In this document: in pieces, positions 13,739 through 27,441 of the stretch
How the letters are laid out: each line of letters begins with the position of its first letter
Position numbering within the stretch: the stretch's first letter is position 1
DNA from: Moniliella sp. 'wahieum'
Taxonomy: Eukaryota
Length of the DNA: 64,000 nt
Assembly: GCA_003971905.1 (NCBI GenBank)
Contig: RSEE01000023.1
Coordinates: forward strand, 124,001 to 188,000
Reading direction: 5' to 3'
Notes under the pieces: model-generated
The model's database searches: none
What the model was told of the DNA's origin: nothing
What the model saw: only the letters and a program-made list of their open reading frames with translations
Program-made: the position numbers and the translations under genes

Positions 13739-14896
13739 GGGAGGTGGGGGCTGGGCGGAAGTAGGGTTGGTTTGCCACCCCAAAGAATAATTCCATTCCG
13801 CCCCCTTCGGGCGAGGATGGGCGGCGTGCCGTGCCGCGGCCAGCGCGCCGGCCGATCCTCTCTGTCTGATCCTGGAAACGAGCGCGACGAGCCGGGCACA
13901 ATTCCAAGGCTGAATGGCCGTAGCGGTCAAGGTCGTCGAGCAGGGCTCCTTGTTGCGTGACGGATTGGGACGACCCACTTTTTGGGCGGCCTCTCGTACC
14001 GCCCGTGGTGTTGCGATTGAAGAGTGAGGAAATGACAGCGCTGAGCATCAGTGGACCTCCCAGACAGGCATATTGGTTGCCATACTATAGTTACAGGCGG
14101 GTAGGGAGGGGGAAGGTTGGAAAAGGAAAAGAGGGATGCAGAGAGGAGAGGTATAAGGGAAAAGTGCGCCAGCAATCGTTGATACGACCGATCCGATGCA
14201 AGCGAAACAATAATCAAGAGCAAGAGGTCCGAAGACGATAGGGATTGAATATTGATTGCTGGTGAGAAAGCAGACAGGACCGGATAGGGTGGAGGAGGAA
14301 GGTGGGAGAGAAGAGAGGAAAGACGAAGGATGCGATGACAGCCGTGGGTTGTAGAAGAAGGAGCGCAGCTTCCAGATCTTCGCCCAGGCGGAATCAGCGC
14401 GCTAGCTGCTGGGTGGGAGCCGTGGTAACGCCATAATGAGGCTATGCTCTTGACAGACCACACTTGTTCCAATACACGGCCAGGTCCCGGTTGTTGGTCA
14501 AGAAGTCGAGCTTCATCAGCTTCACCAGCTCCAAAAAGGGGTTGGGATGATCATCTCGATCACCGATCATCCGTCCATCGATCATCCGTTCATCCACCTC
14601 TGAGCCACCATCTATCATTAGTCTCCGCAGATGGGCGCCTACTGACATGGTCACTGGTTACCTCCACGTCGGGGTGCTCTCTGGTCCAGCTTACCGGCCC
14701 CAGCCGCGCCCCGGTTCTGCCGCCAATGGCGACGAATACCAGGCCCACTCGTGTCCAAGGGCGCGGCAACCAACTGCGTCCTAAACGCACCACCTGCTGA
14801 CGTAATGGCAGCCCCCCTCCAGGTGTAGGTGCTGTTACAGTGTGTGGGTCCCACCTCCGCATTGGATCCTACCAGCTCCCATTCATTGCTTCGAGT

Positions 14897-17290
14897 ATGC
14901 TCGCCATGCTCGCTGCCCTCGACGAAACGGAGGATGTGGCGGGCTGGCTCAACACGCTGCTCTCCGTTGATTCGATGGGCACCGACACGTCTGTGCCAAC
15001 GCTTGAACGCAAGGTTCAGCGCCAGCTCGGCGCCGTGGGCGATCTCCTGCTCGATGCCCAGACGCAGACCGACGCTGCCCTGCGGCGCCTTCGTACCGCC
15101 GTTCCTCAAATCCAGTACGACATCCGCCTCTTCCAGGACACCACCGCTCGCCTTTCCGCCCAAGCCGCACCACTTACCGCGCCTGTTGCCTCTGGGGGAG
15201 GGGTGCTGGACCGCCTTCACCGCCTCGCCTTGCTTGAGGAGCGGGTCAGTGCTTCCCGCGATATCCTCCGCGATGCCGAATCTTGGTCGAGCCTCGAGGG
15301 TGACCTGGACACGTATCTTCCCAAGGGAATTTCGAGGATGCCGCTCTGCGCCTGGCTGAGGCTACTGGCTCGCTCGGTGTTTTGCGCAGACCAGTGCGTA
15401 TGCCCAAAGGGGCAGCTTGTTGCCCAGCTTAAGCAACGCTTGGTCCAGGCCCTCCATCCAGCTGTAGATCGTGCTGTTGCCCACGCTGACGTGGCCGCCG
15501 CATCCGAAACGTTGCGTACCCTCGCTCTTGTGGGGGAGGAGGCTGAGTTCCAGCGGCTCTGGCTCGAAGCCCGCGTCGCGCCCCTGCAGGCTGAGTGGGA
15601 GAGCGCAGCCCAGGACCCATTGCCGTCAGCCTTGGCGCGGCTGTGCAATTCCTGTCTAGCCCGTGTAGAGGAGGAGCGGGTGTACGCAGACACCCTCTTT
15701 TCTACATATGCACGCACCCACCTGGCCCAGTTCATTGTCACCCTCTGGGATACCTTGCGGCCTTCGGTCTCCAGCCGCCTTGCTCACCTCGTGGAAGACG
15801 AGCGAGCCCTCCCGTTGCTTTTGCAGTGCTGGCACACAACCCAGAATGTCATTCGAAGCATCGGTGCGGTCCTCGCCCGTACTGAGAACAAGGACAAGGA
15901 TCCGGGCCAGGGTGGAGGGGAAGATGGGATTCAGTCCTCTACACTCCTTTCCTTCTACCAGGGCCGTTTCTCCCTGCTTGCTCGCCTCTATTGAGGCCAT
16001 GTGGTCTGCGCCAGCGGAGTTGGACCCTACTACGCTCCAACAAGCGGGGAGACGGCTCTCAACCTTGTCTCAGACACATGCAAAAAGACAATACGGCGTT
16101 TACACTTGGCTTTGCGACCCATGCTCTGCTCGAGGCTAGCGACAGCTTCCTTGGCGCGTGTCTGGACACGCTTGAGGCCCAGCTGAAGCGCGTCTACTTT
16201 TTTGTCGTCGTCGATCCCTCATCATCCGATGGCTTGGTGCGCACCGCCGCTCGCACGCTTGCTGCCACCAAAGCCCTCTTCACCCGTCTCCTCGCGCTGA
16301 GGAGGAATTTGCCTCCTCCACCAAAAAGACCCAAGCCTACTTTCAACAGCCCGAGGGGGAGGCAGCCCCTGATGGAGACGGAACCAGCCCTGCTGAGCCA
16401 GCTGCGCTCGACTGGGTTAGCCACGCCTGCGCTTGAGACCACCTGGAGACGCTCCGCCAGATCCAGACGTTTGGTGCCAATCCGCGCCTGTACCTCCTGC
16501 GGAACGAAAGCGTGACGGCTCCACCCCCCTCCTTCCTGTTGCGCGGGCCAGCCTGCTCCACTTGGTGCAAAGTGCACAGAGCGTACTTCTCAAGGCGGTT
16601 CAGGAACCACTGGCGACGCCACTCTTGGTCTATGCCAGCCTACCCGTCTGGACCAGCACCGAACCGCAGCAGACCGACGGCGTGGCTATCCCTACCTTTA
16701 GTCTCAGCCCCACAGAGACCGTTGCCGGCCTGGGCGAAGCATTGTTGGACTTGCCACGGGCGTGGAGGTGTACACCCAGGACGCGGCGGTGGGCTTTGGA
16801 TCCACGCGCTTCCGCTGCTGGATCTGCTGTCGAATGAGCCTGCTGCCTCCTCCTCGCCGTCGCTTGCGCGACCCGCACGGCCCGAGCGGCACGAGCGGCG
16901 CATGAGTTTGCTTCCCGATGCACCGCCGCCGCTTTCCTCTGGGGAGGTCCTGTCGCTTTACCTCCTCTCCATCTTACGCACCTTTCTCTCCCGCCTTACG
17001 GGCGAAATCTTACCGGGCCGCGTCTGTCCCACTACGGCGCACGCCAACTGAGCACCGACCTGGAATACCTCGAGTCGATCCTGGCCGTGTTGAACTACGT
17101 TGAGCCGACGCAGGCGCTTGCTTCGTGGCGCCGCCTCGTCTCGCTCGACTGGGACGGCCAAGACGCTCGTTTCGGACCCGAGCAAGCTGGAGCCCACGCT
17201 GCGCGACAGCTGTTGCCCTTGCGCTCCACGGCCGCATTTACCGCGGTCGCGCGGCTCCGGGGACTGGGGCGCATTGGTTCGCTGCCGTGA
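14897..17290 (+). CDS. COG7: Conserved oligomeric Golgi complex subunit 7-like
   Basis: N-terminal DVAGWLNTLL..., RTAVPQIQYDI, DILRDAESWSSLE. C-terminal IPTFSLSPTETVAGLGEALLDLPR and QLSTDLEYLESILAVL. Confidence 0.75.
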
Positions 17291-18012
17291 CGGAGGTGGT
17301 GAGGCGGGGCCTGCGCAGCTCGCGCCCCCCACGCCTAGGCTATCTCGGGGCCACCCGTTGCATGTAAGCTACTGGCCAACGGCTCGTGATAGACACGACT
17401 CAGTGTACTCAATATGCATGCAGGCGTCTCTGTACTTGGTTCGCAGGGCAAAGCTTACGAGGAGCAAGCAGCACATCCCCTCCTCCCCGCACCCAGGCAC
17501 AGCCCGGGGGGCGCAGCCGGGGGGGTTAAGTAGGGGATCCATACTCCTATTGGCTCGCACAATGCTCAGCAGGTCGCAGGTTGCTGTGACGGTGACACTT
17601 GAAACTTACAAGGGAGACAGTGTGGGGTGATATTTGCCACCTGCAAGATGCCTATAGTAGACCCGTCTAGTAGCAGTGCAAGCGAGACTGCGGTTGTAAG
17701 CGTGGTGCCTTTGGGCGCCTGGCTGCCCTGCCACAATGAAACGTCTGGCTCACGTTTGCATTCGCCACCATGTGCTGCTCATCCACATCGCTTCGTCACG
17801 CGTACGCCCACGCGGCCCGACAGCCCCACACGCACAGCACATGCATCAGTCTGCAAAAGCACAAAAACGGTCCAAGTCCGATCGAGCCTCCGGACCATCA
17901 GCGACCGTAGCATACCGGAGCGGAGTGACAGCGCCCTCCTCCCTCCCACGCGGGGCTTATATCCCCCCGTAGCACACACCCTGGCATGCCCCGCCCTCCC
18001 CCCACCATCAGC

Positions 18013-18891
18013 ATGTCCGCCACCGTTCGCACCGAGTACTGTCTAGCTACCCAAAGGATATCCCTGGCCTGGGCCGGATCTGGTCCGAGGGTCCGTCGCT
18101 GTCACCACTTGCTTTGGGCGGCCAAGGACACGAACTGACATCAAGCTTGACCACAGACTTAATCCTACGGTGCCGGCGCTGATGTCGCCATGGGCGTCAA
18201 CACGTTGGAGGAGCGTTGTGCATTTTGGACGAGCCAGATCCAACGATTCCATGTGGCCAGCACGGATCCGACCCAGCGCGCACTCCGCGGTCACTTCCCC
18301 ACCTCCCTGTGGTGCGCCAAGCAAATCGCCCCGGATGGCACGGCAAAGGTGGTGGGCATGATGGCGGTTGAGATCGTTCCGCGCGCAGAAGATAAAGCAT
18401 CCCACAAACAGCTCCACCACGCCAACTCGCTTCTCCCCTCTCCGGGCACACCTCCCAATGGGTTCAATCAACGTGCATTGGACGATATCTTTTCCTGCAG
18501 TGAGGCTTGGACCCAGGAACAGTTCCCCACCCATAGCGTGCTGAGTACGTACGCGCCCCCAAAAACATCTGGATGAGATCTGATGACAAGGACGGTGCCT
18601 GGGTTTGTACAGTTGTGGTCCTGTTCGCTGTGGACAAGCAGACGCAGAACAAGGGTGTGGGCACGGCGTTGCTGGCCAAGGCCAAGGAAATGGCAGCAAC
18701 CATGTCCCCGCAGCAGAGGATGTGCCATCTGGGTTGACCCAGCCTGGCCATGCAGGGATCCCCCTCGCCTTGCATGCGGTGCAATCGGCGGTAGGGTTCT
18801 ATGAGAAGCAGGCTCTCCGCCGGTCAATCCGATTGACCTTGGCAGCTGCAACCAACAGTTCATAGGAATGGTATGGCAGGCTCCTGCCTAG
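18013..18891 (+). CDS. GNAT-family N-acetyltransferase
   Basis: Motif A FAVDKQTQNKGVGTALLAKAKEMA, motif B GIPLALHAVQSAVGFYEKQ, C-terminal FIGMVWQAPA*. TATA-like TTATAT at ~17956. Probable short introns. Confidence 0.7.
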
Positions 18892-20186
18892 CATTCCGAT
18901 CCTGAATCGTTCTGGATAATCTCGACGGTGACGGCCAAGGGTGGATGCTGGGGAGGGAATGACACTGCATGCCAGCTGCTGTTCCCCCTTTTGGTTTTGT
19001 CCCACCTACCTTTCTTTAGCGTGAACCCCCGCCCACGTGCCATTTGATGGCATCGGCTTCTCTTGTTTCCTTCACGTTTCGCGGTCAGAAACCCATGACA
19101 CGCATTACCAACTGAGTGCGGCTGGGAAAACAGTATGATGAGACCTGGGAGAGAGGGATGTAATCGCACCAAGTGGTGGCGGTTGTGGTGGCCTAAACCA
19201 ATGAGCAACGCTGACATGGTACAGAGGAACATCAATAATTCCAACAGCAGTCGCCACCAAGGGCTAGACTCCGGAACAAGGAAAACAGAGACAAGAAAAC
19301 AACGCAACTCCTGGGCCTGAAGAGGGACCGGGGGGACGTTTTGGCCAAAAAAACGAGCCACCCGGTGGCTCAACGCATAAGTACAGATGGCAACTGGAGC
19401 CTTAGGTTCTCTCCCAAAGCACTGCTGTCATTCCTTTGCATTCTCATGCATCACGTGGTAGATATGGAGAGTACCTGAGTACTGACTGAGTACCTTCCCG
19501 ACGCGTTTGGTCATGAGGGAGGAGAGCGACAAAGCGAGACCGGGGTTGAAGATGGACAGAGAACATGGGATTTGCATGGGATCCCACGGCGGAGAAGGGA
19601 GATGGAAGACGGAAGACGGGAATCGGGAGGTGCGAGATGCGAGACGGGACGTTGGTTGGCCAGATGACCAAAAGAGTAAGGCCAAGCCACGAGCACAGCA
19701 GCGACCGGATGATCATCGACCCCCCGTACACCTACCAGGGCTGGCTGCCAAGCGCCAAGTGGCAAGGGCCACGTGACTCGTTCCCATGTTTGCAGACAGC
19801 CAAGCGCTCCTGCGCACTGTCGCACCAGCTCGCACCTGGCATGTCGGAGGATGCCGGGCATCGATCATCGATCATTGATAGACCGACCATCGATCACCGG
19901 AGTCCCCGATCATCGATCATCGACATCGATCATGAATATTGAATCATCGATCATCATGCATCAATCGGCGACCTCCTGCTGATCACCGATGACACACTCA
20001 TGATAGTCCTGGGTCTGATTAATGATTGGGGCGGGAAGAGTCGCCGGCGGGGGGCCCCGACGCGCAGCCGCAGGCAGCGGCCTGGAGGAGGTTAGAGCGG
20101 CCAGGTGCGATTGACGGAGCCGACAATGGTCGGGTGCTGGAATCCACTCACCGACTGGTTAGTCGCTCGCTACTTGAAGCGTGGCG

Positions 20187-20235
20187 CATGATGCATGATG
20201 CATGACGCGTGACGTGTGACGCGTCACGCGTGAAG
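20187..20235. repeat. Array of seven in-phase NN-TNA-NN heptamers (best example of a window-wide intergenic motif class)
   Basis: caTGAtg caTGAtg caTGAcg cgTGAcg tgTGAcg cgTCAcg cgTGAag. Five of the six junctions are 4-bp palindromes. Confidence 0.9.
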
Positions 20236-20940
20236 CTAAAGTGCACAACCCGCCGGACCGCGACAGCTCGCCCTCGGCCTCACATGTCAGTCACATTTGG
20301 CGCTTTGAAATTGAAGCTTGAAGCTGCGCTGAGCGCGCTGAGCTCTGCGTCCGGTTAGGCTAGTGCAGTGCGTCCACGGCGCTCGGTGGACGTTGAAGGC
20401 ATTGGATTCCATTATTTGCAGTGGGCAAGGCAGGCCAGGGCCCGCAGGGGGGCAGCGGACTCAATCTGGACCGAGTTTTTGTTTACCGTGCCGATCTCGG
20501 TCATCGATCATCGATCACTAGATCACTGACATTGTCGCTGGCAGCTTGAGGCGATGCATGGGACAGCCATTGTGTTGTACGCACCAGCGCGCAGCTGGGC
20601 AGACGAGGCCCACGCTTGGGCACAGTCGCCCCGTGGCGCCCGATGGCCGGGCGGGGGAGCAGGGGGGCAGCCAGGGCGCCGGCTGCAGGCGGGGCCTTGC
20701 AGAGGCGGAGCATGGCGTCTGCTGCTGGGCACTGCACTGGCCCTCGCCTCGCGCGCCCAGTGATATTGGTCGCAGATCGCACGCCTAGCGCAGTCCTATC
20801 GTCCTAGGCCCGCGGCGTGCTTTGTGCGTTTCCACCGAGTGCTTGCCACTTGGCTTCCCTTCGTTCCGTCCCTGTCATTCCGTCCCTCTCCCTTCCTTTC
20901 CTTCCCACCCCCAACCCCCATCCCCCCCACGGCCGCCGCC

Positions 20941-23900
20941 ATGGCCCACTCCTTGTCCACGCCCGTGCCGGCGTCCATGGCCACCGCCATGGCTGCCTCC
21001 GCCCCAGCCCTGGTCCACCCCCCGCCGCCCCACCCCACCCCGGCGTCTGCATCCCCGCCTGCATCGGTCCCTGATCCCGCGTCCGTGTCGGCACCCGCAT
21101 TCGAGCAGCCCCTCCCCCCCTCTCCCCCCACCGCCACCGCCGCCTCTCGCCCGCATCGTGCCACCGCACAGCCCGTGCTCGTCTCGCCTCCGACCGCATC
21201 CGCATCGCCCCTCCCGCATTCGCCCCGCAACTTGATTGCCGCCGCCGTCGCTTCCCTTGGTGCCCAAGGCATCGATCCTCGCACTGCCACTGCCTTGATC
21301 CAAAGCGGCATCCCCATCACCAGCTCTGCGGCCATGCAATACTTTGGAGCGGCGCCCACCCGCCCCAGGTTCTGTTTGGCAACTACCTTCTTCTCCAGAC
21401 CCTGGGCGAGGGCGAGTTCGGCAAGGTCAAGCTGGGTGTCCACAAGACTTTCGGGGAAGAGGTCGCCGTCAAACTGATTCGCCGTGACCGCGTGCCAAGC
21501 ATTGCAGCCAGCCGCTCTCTCAACTCGGAGCACGGATCCCAGCGTCCGTCCAAGATCGATCGTGAGATCCAGGTGCTGCGCTCTGTCCGACACCCCAACA
21601 TTGTCCGTCTCTATGAGGTCGTCGAGTCGGACCGCTACATAGGCATTGTCCTTGAGTATGCCTCGGGTACGTATTTCCCCCTTGGGGGTTCCTGTTACGG
21701 TCGAGGTGAATGCGATGGCTGACGTGTGTGCCAGGCGGCGAGCTCTTCGATCACATTCTCGCCCACAAGTACCTCCGTGAGAAGGATGCCTGCCGTATGT
21801 TTGCTCAGCTTCTGAGCGGTGTTCACTACCTGCATCAAAAGCGCATCGTGCATCGCGATCTAAAGCTTGAAAACTTGCTGCTCGACCGCAATCGCAACGT
21901 CATCATCACCGACTTTGGGTTTGCCAACAACTTTGGCGATCAGGTTGATGATCTGATGAACACTTCTTGCGGCTCCCCCTGCTATGCTGCCCCCGAGCTC
22001 GTCGTGCAAGATGGGATGTACAACGGCGAAGCTGCTGACATTTGGTCGTGTGGTGTAATTCTGTATGCGATGCTTGCTGGCTATCTTCCCTTTGACGACG
22101 ACCCCGCCAACCCTGATTCGAACAACATCAACCAGCTCTACCACTACATTCTTTCCACCCCTCTTACCTTTCCGGACTACGTTGCCCGTCTCCCCCGCGA
22201 TCTGCTCCGTCGCATGCTCGTCCCCGATCCTTTGCGTCGGGCAGATATGAAGGACGTGATGAACCACCCTTGGCTCGCCGACTACCGCGATCTCTTTGCG
22301 TTTAGCCTTGAGGATCTGGAACGTGCCGCGTCGGAACAGCAGGCACGCAAACGGCAACTCTACCGGCACCAGATGATCCTCCAACAACAACTTCAAGCTC
22401 AGACTCAGCTCCCCCTCCCCTCTCCAATGGCCAGGCAAGCCAGCCCCCGCGTCACGCAGCAAAGCCACTGGGGACGTCCAAGAGCCGGACATGAGCAACC
22501 GCCACACTGTTCGCCCTCACGTTGAGGCACCCATGGCGCCAGCTGACTTCGCATCCAAGGACAGAGGCGCTTCCGCTCGCGCTAACCAACCGTCACACCG
22601 TCCAAGCAGAGTACATCAAGACGCCTGCCGATCCCGCACCGCTTCCTTCGTTCCCGTCTCTTCCTCAGGCATCTGCTATCCCTGAGACTTCCAACCAGCC
22701 TGCAACTTCCGCGCCGGCCTTGTTGGAGCCCGACACCAAGGATGTGGCCATGAACCCTGAGATGGGAACCGCGCCCGCCAAGCCCCGCCCTGCCCCGCAG
22801 GTGGCTGACTTTAGCCCTATTTCCGTGTCCGACCTGCCACTGCCGAACCCGGCCGAGGTGATGGAAAACCGGTCGGTTCACTTTTCGCCTCTTTCGTCGC
22901 CGCGCTCTTTATCCCAACAGACAAGTCACCCCTCGCTTCCCCCGGACGGACACGACCTCACGCCCAAGGCCACTGCGGCGCCCGTTGCCGGGCCCGAGGC
23001 TCCCAAGCAGACTGGGTCGCACCGTCCATCCGCATCGGGGTCCACTGGCCTCTCTACCTCAGCCCTTCTCACCCACGAAGAGGCGCCCCAGTCCCCCCCT
23101 ATGGTCGCGCCCGAAACACAGAAGAGTACCCCGCGTGTGCGGCCAGCCACGGTCCAGCCTAGTAGCAGCCCTGTTGCGCCCCGGCGGGAACGTTCGAGCT
23201 CATTGGACGCGAAAGCGAGCCATGCTGCTGCACCAGTCACTGGACCCGGGCAGGCCAAACCGCAGATCTCGTTGCGTGCGTCCAAAAAGGACTCGGGCCG
23301 AGGCAGCCGGCGCGACTCGGTCTTTACTCGCTTCCTTTCTCCCCGAGCCTCCCCGCAGCCTAGTGGACTTGCCCCGCCCGAAGCGCAGGCGCAAGCGCAA
23401 GCACAAGCGCCGCCGTCCCAACGGCGCAGGAAGACCCTTTCCATCCTCCCCAGTCGCAAGGCGGAGAAGGAGCGTCGGGCGGCGGTCGTGTCCGCGCAAC
23501 CTATGTCTACGACCATGGCCACTTCCTCGTCCACGCCTCCCTCGACCTCGGCCCCCGACGCCTGCCCCAATTGGATCGAAGGATTCTACCTCGGGCACGA
23601 AGCGGGTCATGGACTGGTTCCGCACCCGCTCGCTCCGGCCCGAGGTGCCTTCGGAGCCGACGGAATCGGGTTCGGACAAGTGGTCTGGTGCGCAGGAGGA
23701 GCGCACTGGATGGGCGCAACCTTCGAGTCGGGCGACAAGTGGGACGCACTCGGAGGTCAGTCGGGACACTGGTCTTACTGCACCCGACGATGCGCCAGTG
23801 GAGAAGCCGTTGGTGCCCAAGGTGGCACCGGCTGCCGAGCTGACCAAGCCCAGCAAACCATTTAGCGATGCCATGTTGCGCTACCACCATGGCGCGGTGG

Positions 23901-24382
23901 ACCACCGTGCGCTGTCTACCCTCGCGCCGCAGGAGATGCTGGTGCGGGTGCGGGCGGCGCTGGCCAGCATGGGCATCGATTTCGGTTTGTCGACCGAGGA
24001 AGAATTCAAGTTGGACTGTCTTCGGCCCCGTCGGGGCGGGCGGGGCGGGCTGGGTGCATGGGGGACTACGTTGCGCACCAGTGTCTTCCCTCCGAGCCAA
24101 GCCGATTTGGAACGCGCGTCGCGTGCGTCGCGGGCGAATGGACGGGTCATGCCATCTGCCACACTGGGCAAGAAGGAGGAGCGGCCTGGCCCGGTCTATG
24201 GCCAGGCCAGCGTCGACAATGGCCAAGAAGTTCGCTTCTCGGTCGAGATTACCCGGCTGGAAAACTTGCCTGGCTTGTATTCGTTGGACATTCGCCGCAT
24301 GCGGGGCAATGCGTGGGCATACAAGTTCTGCTACACTGCCCTGTTGCATCGCTGCGATCTGAGCCCCACCCCGATCCCGTAA
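20941..24382 (+). CDS. KIN4: Ser/Thr protein kinase, CAMKL KIN4-like, with C-terminal KA1-like domain
   Basis: [60 protein letters not shown]. Intron at 21667-21734. C-terminal LRYHHGAVD...[33 protein letters not shown]. Confidence 0.9.
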
Positions 24383-25208
24383 AAGAGGAAAGCAAACGGC
24401 CGCTTATCCTCCCCCTCTCTCATCGCACTTTTCTTTGATTTTGGGCTATATCACTAGAGCATCTTCCCTTGCGCTCTTCCTACGACTGTCTTACCCGCCC
24501 TTGCTCTTTTTTCACCATCGTTGCGTGCTACTTTTTTTGGTTTTGGCGGCTCTCTGAGCATCGCCATTCCGTATGATTTCCCCCCCCTGATTTGTTTTTA
24601 CCCAACCCAGGGCCCGATCGCGGGCCCTTTCTCACCGCTTGCTCCGTATTCCCACGCCTATGGATTCCCCACCCCGTATCTCTCTGCCATTGATCCCTGT
24701 CTTCCCGTCTTCGGGCCCGTACCTTGCCTTTTGTCCTTCGATGATCCTCAGCCCTGGTCTTCGTTCGCACCGCGCTCCCCCACACCCCTTGTCGGGCGTC
24801 CTATATCCCTGTTTCTCACCTCTTCACGTTCTCGTGGTTTCACAGATGTCTACGGGAAAAAATGTCTGTAGCGCTCCCGCTCAGGTCCGAAGTGCCGCCA
24901 TAACAGTAGAAATCCATCCATCGTTCCCGGAACGGGATAGAATGGGATGCCGAGTACAGGAGAGCGGTATAGGTTGGATGCGTTGAAGCTTGAAGGAATG
25001 ATTTTGGGGATGGTGTGGCCTGCACCACCCGTCCCCCTTGCATATATGCAGCAACAACACTCTGCCCTCGGAGAGAGAAAGAACCAGAGAACCAGAGCGC
25101 ACACATATATAAGCTGCCGGCGTACAACCACTAAGAGAAAGCGCCCAGATATCTCGTCTCCGCCATCGTCCTCCCCATCTCTCCTCTCCGCCACATTACG
25201 GTTACAAG

Positions 25209-25497
25209 ATGATCAGCAGCCTTGCCATGTTGAGCCAGTACACCGGCCGTGCCACGCTCCGTGCGCCGGTGGCCACTGCTGTGGCTCGGACTGTCACCCC
25301 TCGTCAGCAGGTCTGCGCCTCCGGCCCCTTCCCCCCGCTCAGGCAACGGCCCAGACCCCGACGCCGACCCATGCCCGCCGCCGCCGACCAACACACCGCC
25401 CGATGCCAAACTCTCTACCCCTTTTGATGTGGGATCAGTCAAGAGCTTTACGTCTCGCAAGGTCGTTACTCTTTCCACACTTGAGGAAGAGGCGTGA
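25209..25497 (+). CDS. Small hypothetical protein with mitochondrial-presequence-like N-terminus
   Basis: TATATAAG at ~25105 and a pyrimidine-rich leader. MISSLAMLSQYTGRATLRAPVATAVARTV is Arg/Ala/Thr-rich with no acidic residues. Possible GTGAGT donor at 25494. Confidence 0.35.
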
Positions 25498-25813
25498 GTG
25501 GCACAGATGTGCCCCACCCAGGTCCTCCTTTGGGTGTCTCTTCGGCCTTTTGATGGCTCATTGCCTTATGGGGGCGGGAGTTTGAGAGAGAGGGGTGCAC
25601 TTTCCGCGCACTATATATACAAGACATACATTGGCTCTCCTCCTTACTGCGTCCGCGTCCATACACACCGTCAAAAGCGTGTAGTGTTATCATGGTGCGC
25701 TCGATAATTGGGTTTTTGGTTTCCACCACCCCTTTGCTGCTCTTCTTCTTCGTGTCTCTTTTGCCACTATGGATCCCTTTTTTTGTCCATCACACTTACT
25801 GTTACCTTGATCT

Positions 25814-25890
25814 TGTGAAAAGCCTTCATCGACTTATCTGTGAAAAGCCTTCATCGACTTCATCTGTGAAAAGCCTTCATCGACTTCATC
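25814..25890. repeat. Tandem repeat, 25-26-bp unit x3
   Basis: TGTGAAAAGCCTTCATCGACTT(C)ATC three times. Confidence 0.9.
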
Positions 25891-27441
25891 AGGTTCATCT
25901 TCACCCCCACTCCCACCCTTTCTCCCCCCCCGGGCAAAGGACTCCGCATAGCGAACGCTCCTGCTTGAGATCTGTTGGAGGTCTGGTATGCGGTAGCGCT
26001 GATGCTGAAGGAGTGGAATGGAGGATATGTGGTGTCACGGGCTGCGGCGGACTTGAGATGGTCCGACCAAAGCTAAGGCCCGCCCGCTCCGCACATGCCC
26101 AGTAGAGCGTGCTCCGCAGGCCAACCAAGGCACGAAGGGTCATGCTCCGCGCGGCAATAGTCGCCCCCCGTCCAAGTCCAAGTCGGCCGGCCTAAATAAG
26201 GCCACCGAGCTTCCAGCGCCGTGGCGACGCCTGTCGCCCCGTCCCCGTTTCCTTTTCCTTTCTCGGTCGCGCCTGCGGCGACCAACCCCGCTTTTGACAT
26301 GTCTTCCTTTCTACGCCCCCTCTTGTATCCGTTTCCCTTTGATCCTGCCTGTACCCCTGGTTGATGGGATCTTTTCCCTCACCTTCCATTCTCGTCTCCA
26401 CTCTCGTCCCCATTCTCGTCTCAACCTCCTCGTCTATCCTCTCGCATATCCCAGTGTCCGACTCCTGCCCGTTTTCCAGCCAATTGATCCAGTACAGGCA
26501 GCCTACTTTGTTAGCGTCCGACATCTCCTCCGATCTCGTCCTCCAGCCATTCGTCAGTCCAGTCGCGCGAGCCCTCCTTTGGTCGCGTCGATTCCAGTCT
26601 GAGTTGAGGCAGTGTTTGTCCCCCTCTGCCTCCTCCCGTCCCTAAGTCCCGGAGGCTTCAGACACGTTACTACGGCCCAAAAGCCGGTGCAGACGCATCC
26701 TTGCCACACGTGCAGCCGCCCCACCAAAGGCCTCTCCTCGTCCCTAACTCCGCTCGGACACACCAACCAGCCTAAGCCCGAAACTATCGTGAGTCGACCT
26801 ACCGTCGCCCAAGGGATTGTACCCCCAAAACCCCAGGGCGGGCCCCCTCGCGGCGCCCGCCCGTGACATGTGGTTCTGAGGAGGGTGCAGGAGGCGATGA
26901 GATGGATAAGGCCTTACATAGCCGAATGTACCGCGGAGCTGAGGGAGCATCCGGGCGGATAAGAGGGGATGCCTATCGCGCAGGAAGGCGTCATTGGGGC
27001 ATCGCCCCAACAGCGGATGCAATGGATCGCTTGATCGCTTGATATTGATATTGAGCGGGCGCCAAGGGAAAACTTATTGATCGCAATCGTCGGCAAGTCG
27101 ATAGAGGTGATATAGACGACAGCTGTGACCATGTGACATGGGACCATGAGACATGTGACCATGTGACATGTGATCTGGATAGCATGCAGGGGACCAGGGT
27201 TGTCGTCCATGCACCGTCGTGCACCCCCAATCCCCGCACTGGTCCTAGGCCTCCTCCCGCCGGCGTTGCCCGTCAGTACTCAGTACCCAGTGCGTGTGCC
27301 TGACATCTCATCGATCTCATCTGACCGCTGAGGCCCGGCGCTACCATCGGCAGCGTATATATTGGCGGCCTAGGTAGTGCAGCCTCCGTTCTCGCCATCC
27401 CCCGTCCTCTCCATCCCCCCTCCGCCTCCTCCGTCCCTACG

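Noticed and set aside
26299..26866. Possible small gene after a TAAATA box
   Set aside because: No consistent frame or recognisable motif, so it cannot be supported.
27124..27175. TGTGACCATGTGACA x3 as a pure heptamer array
   Set aside because: The period is 15 bp (7+8), better described as a slippage-amplified tandem repeat, though possibly seeded by a footprint.
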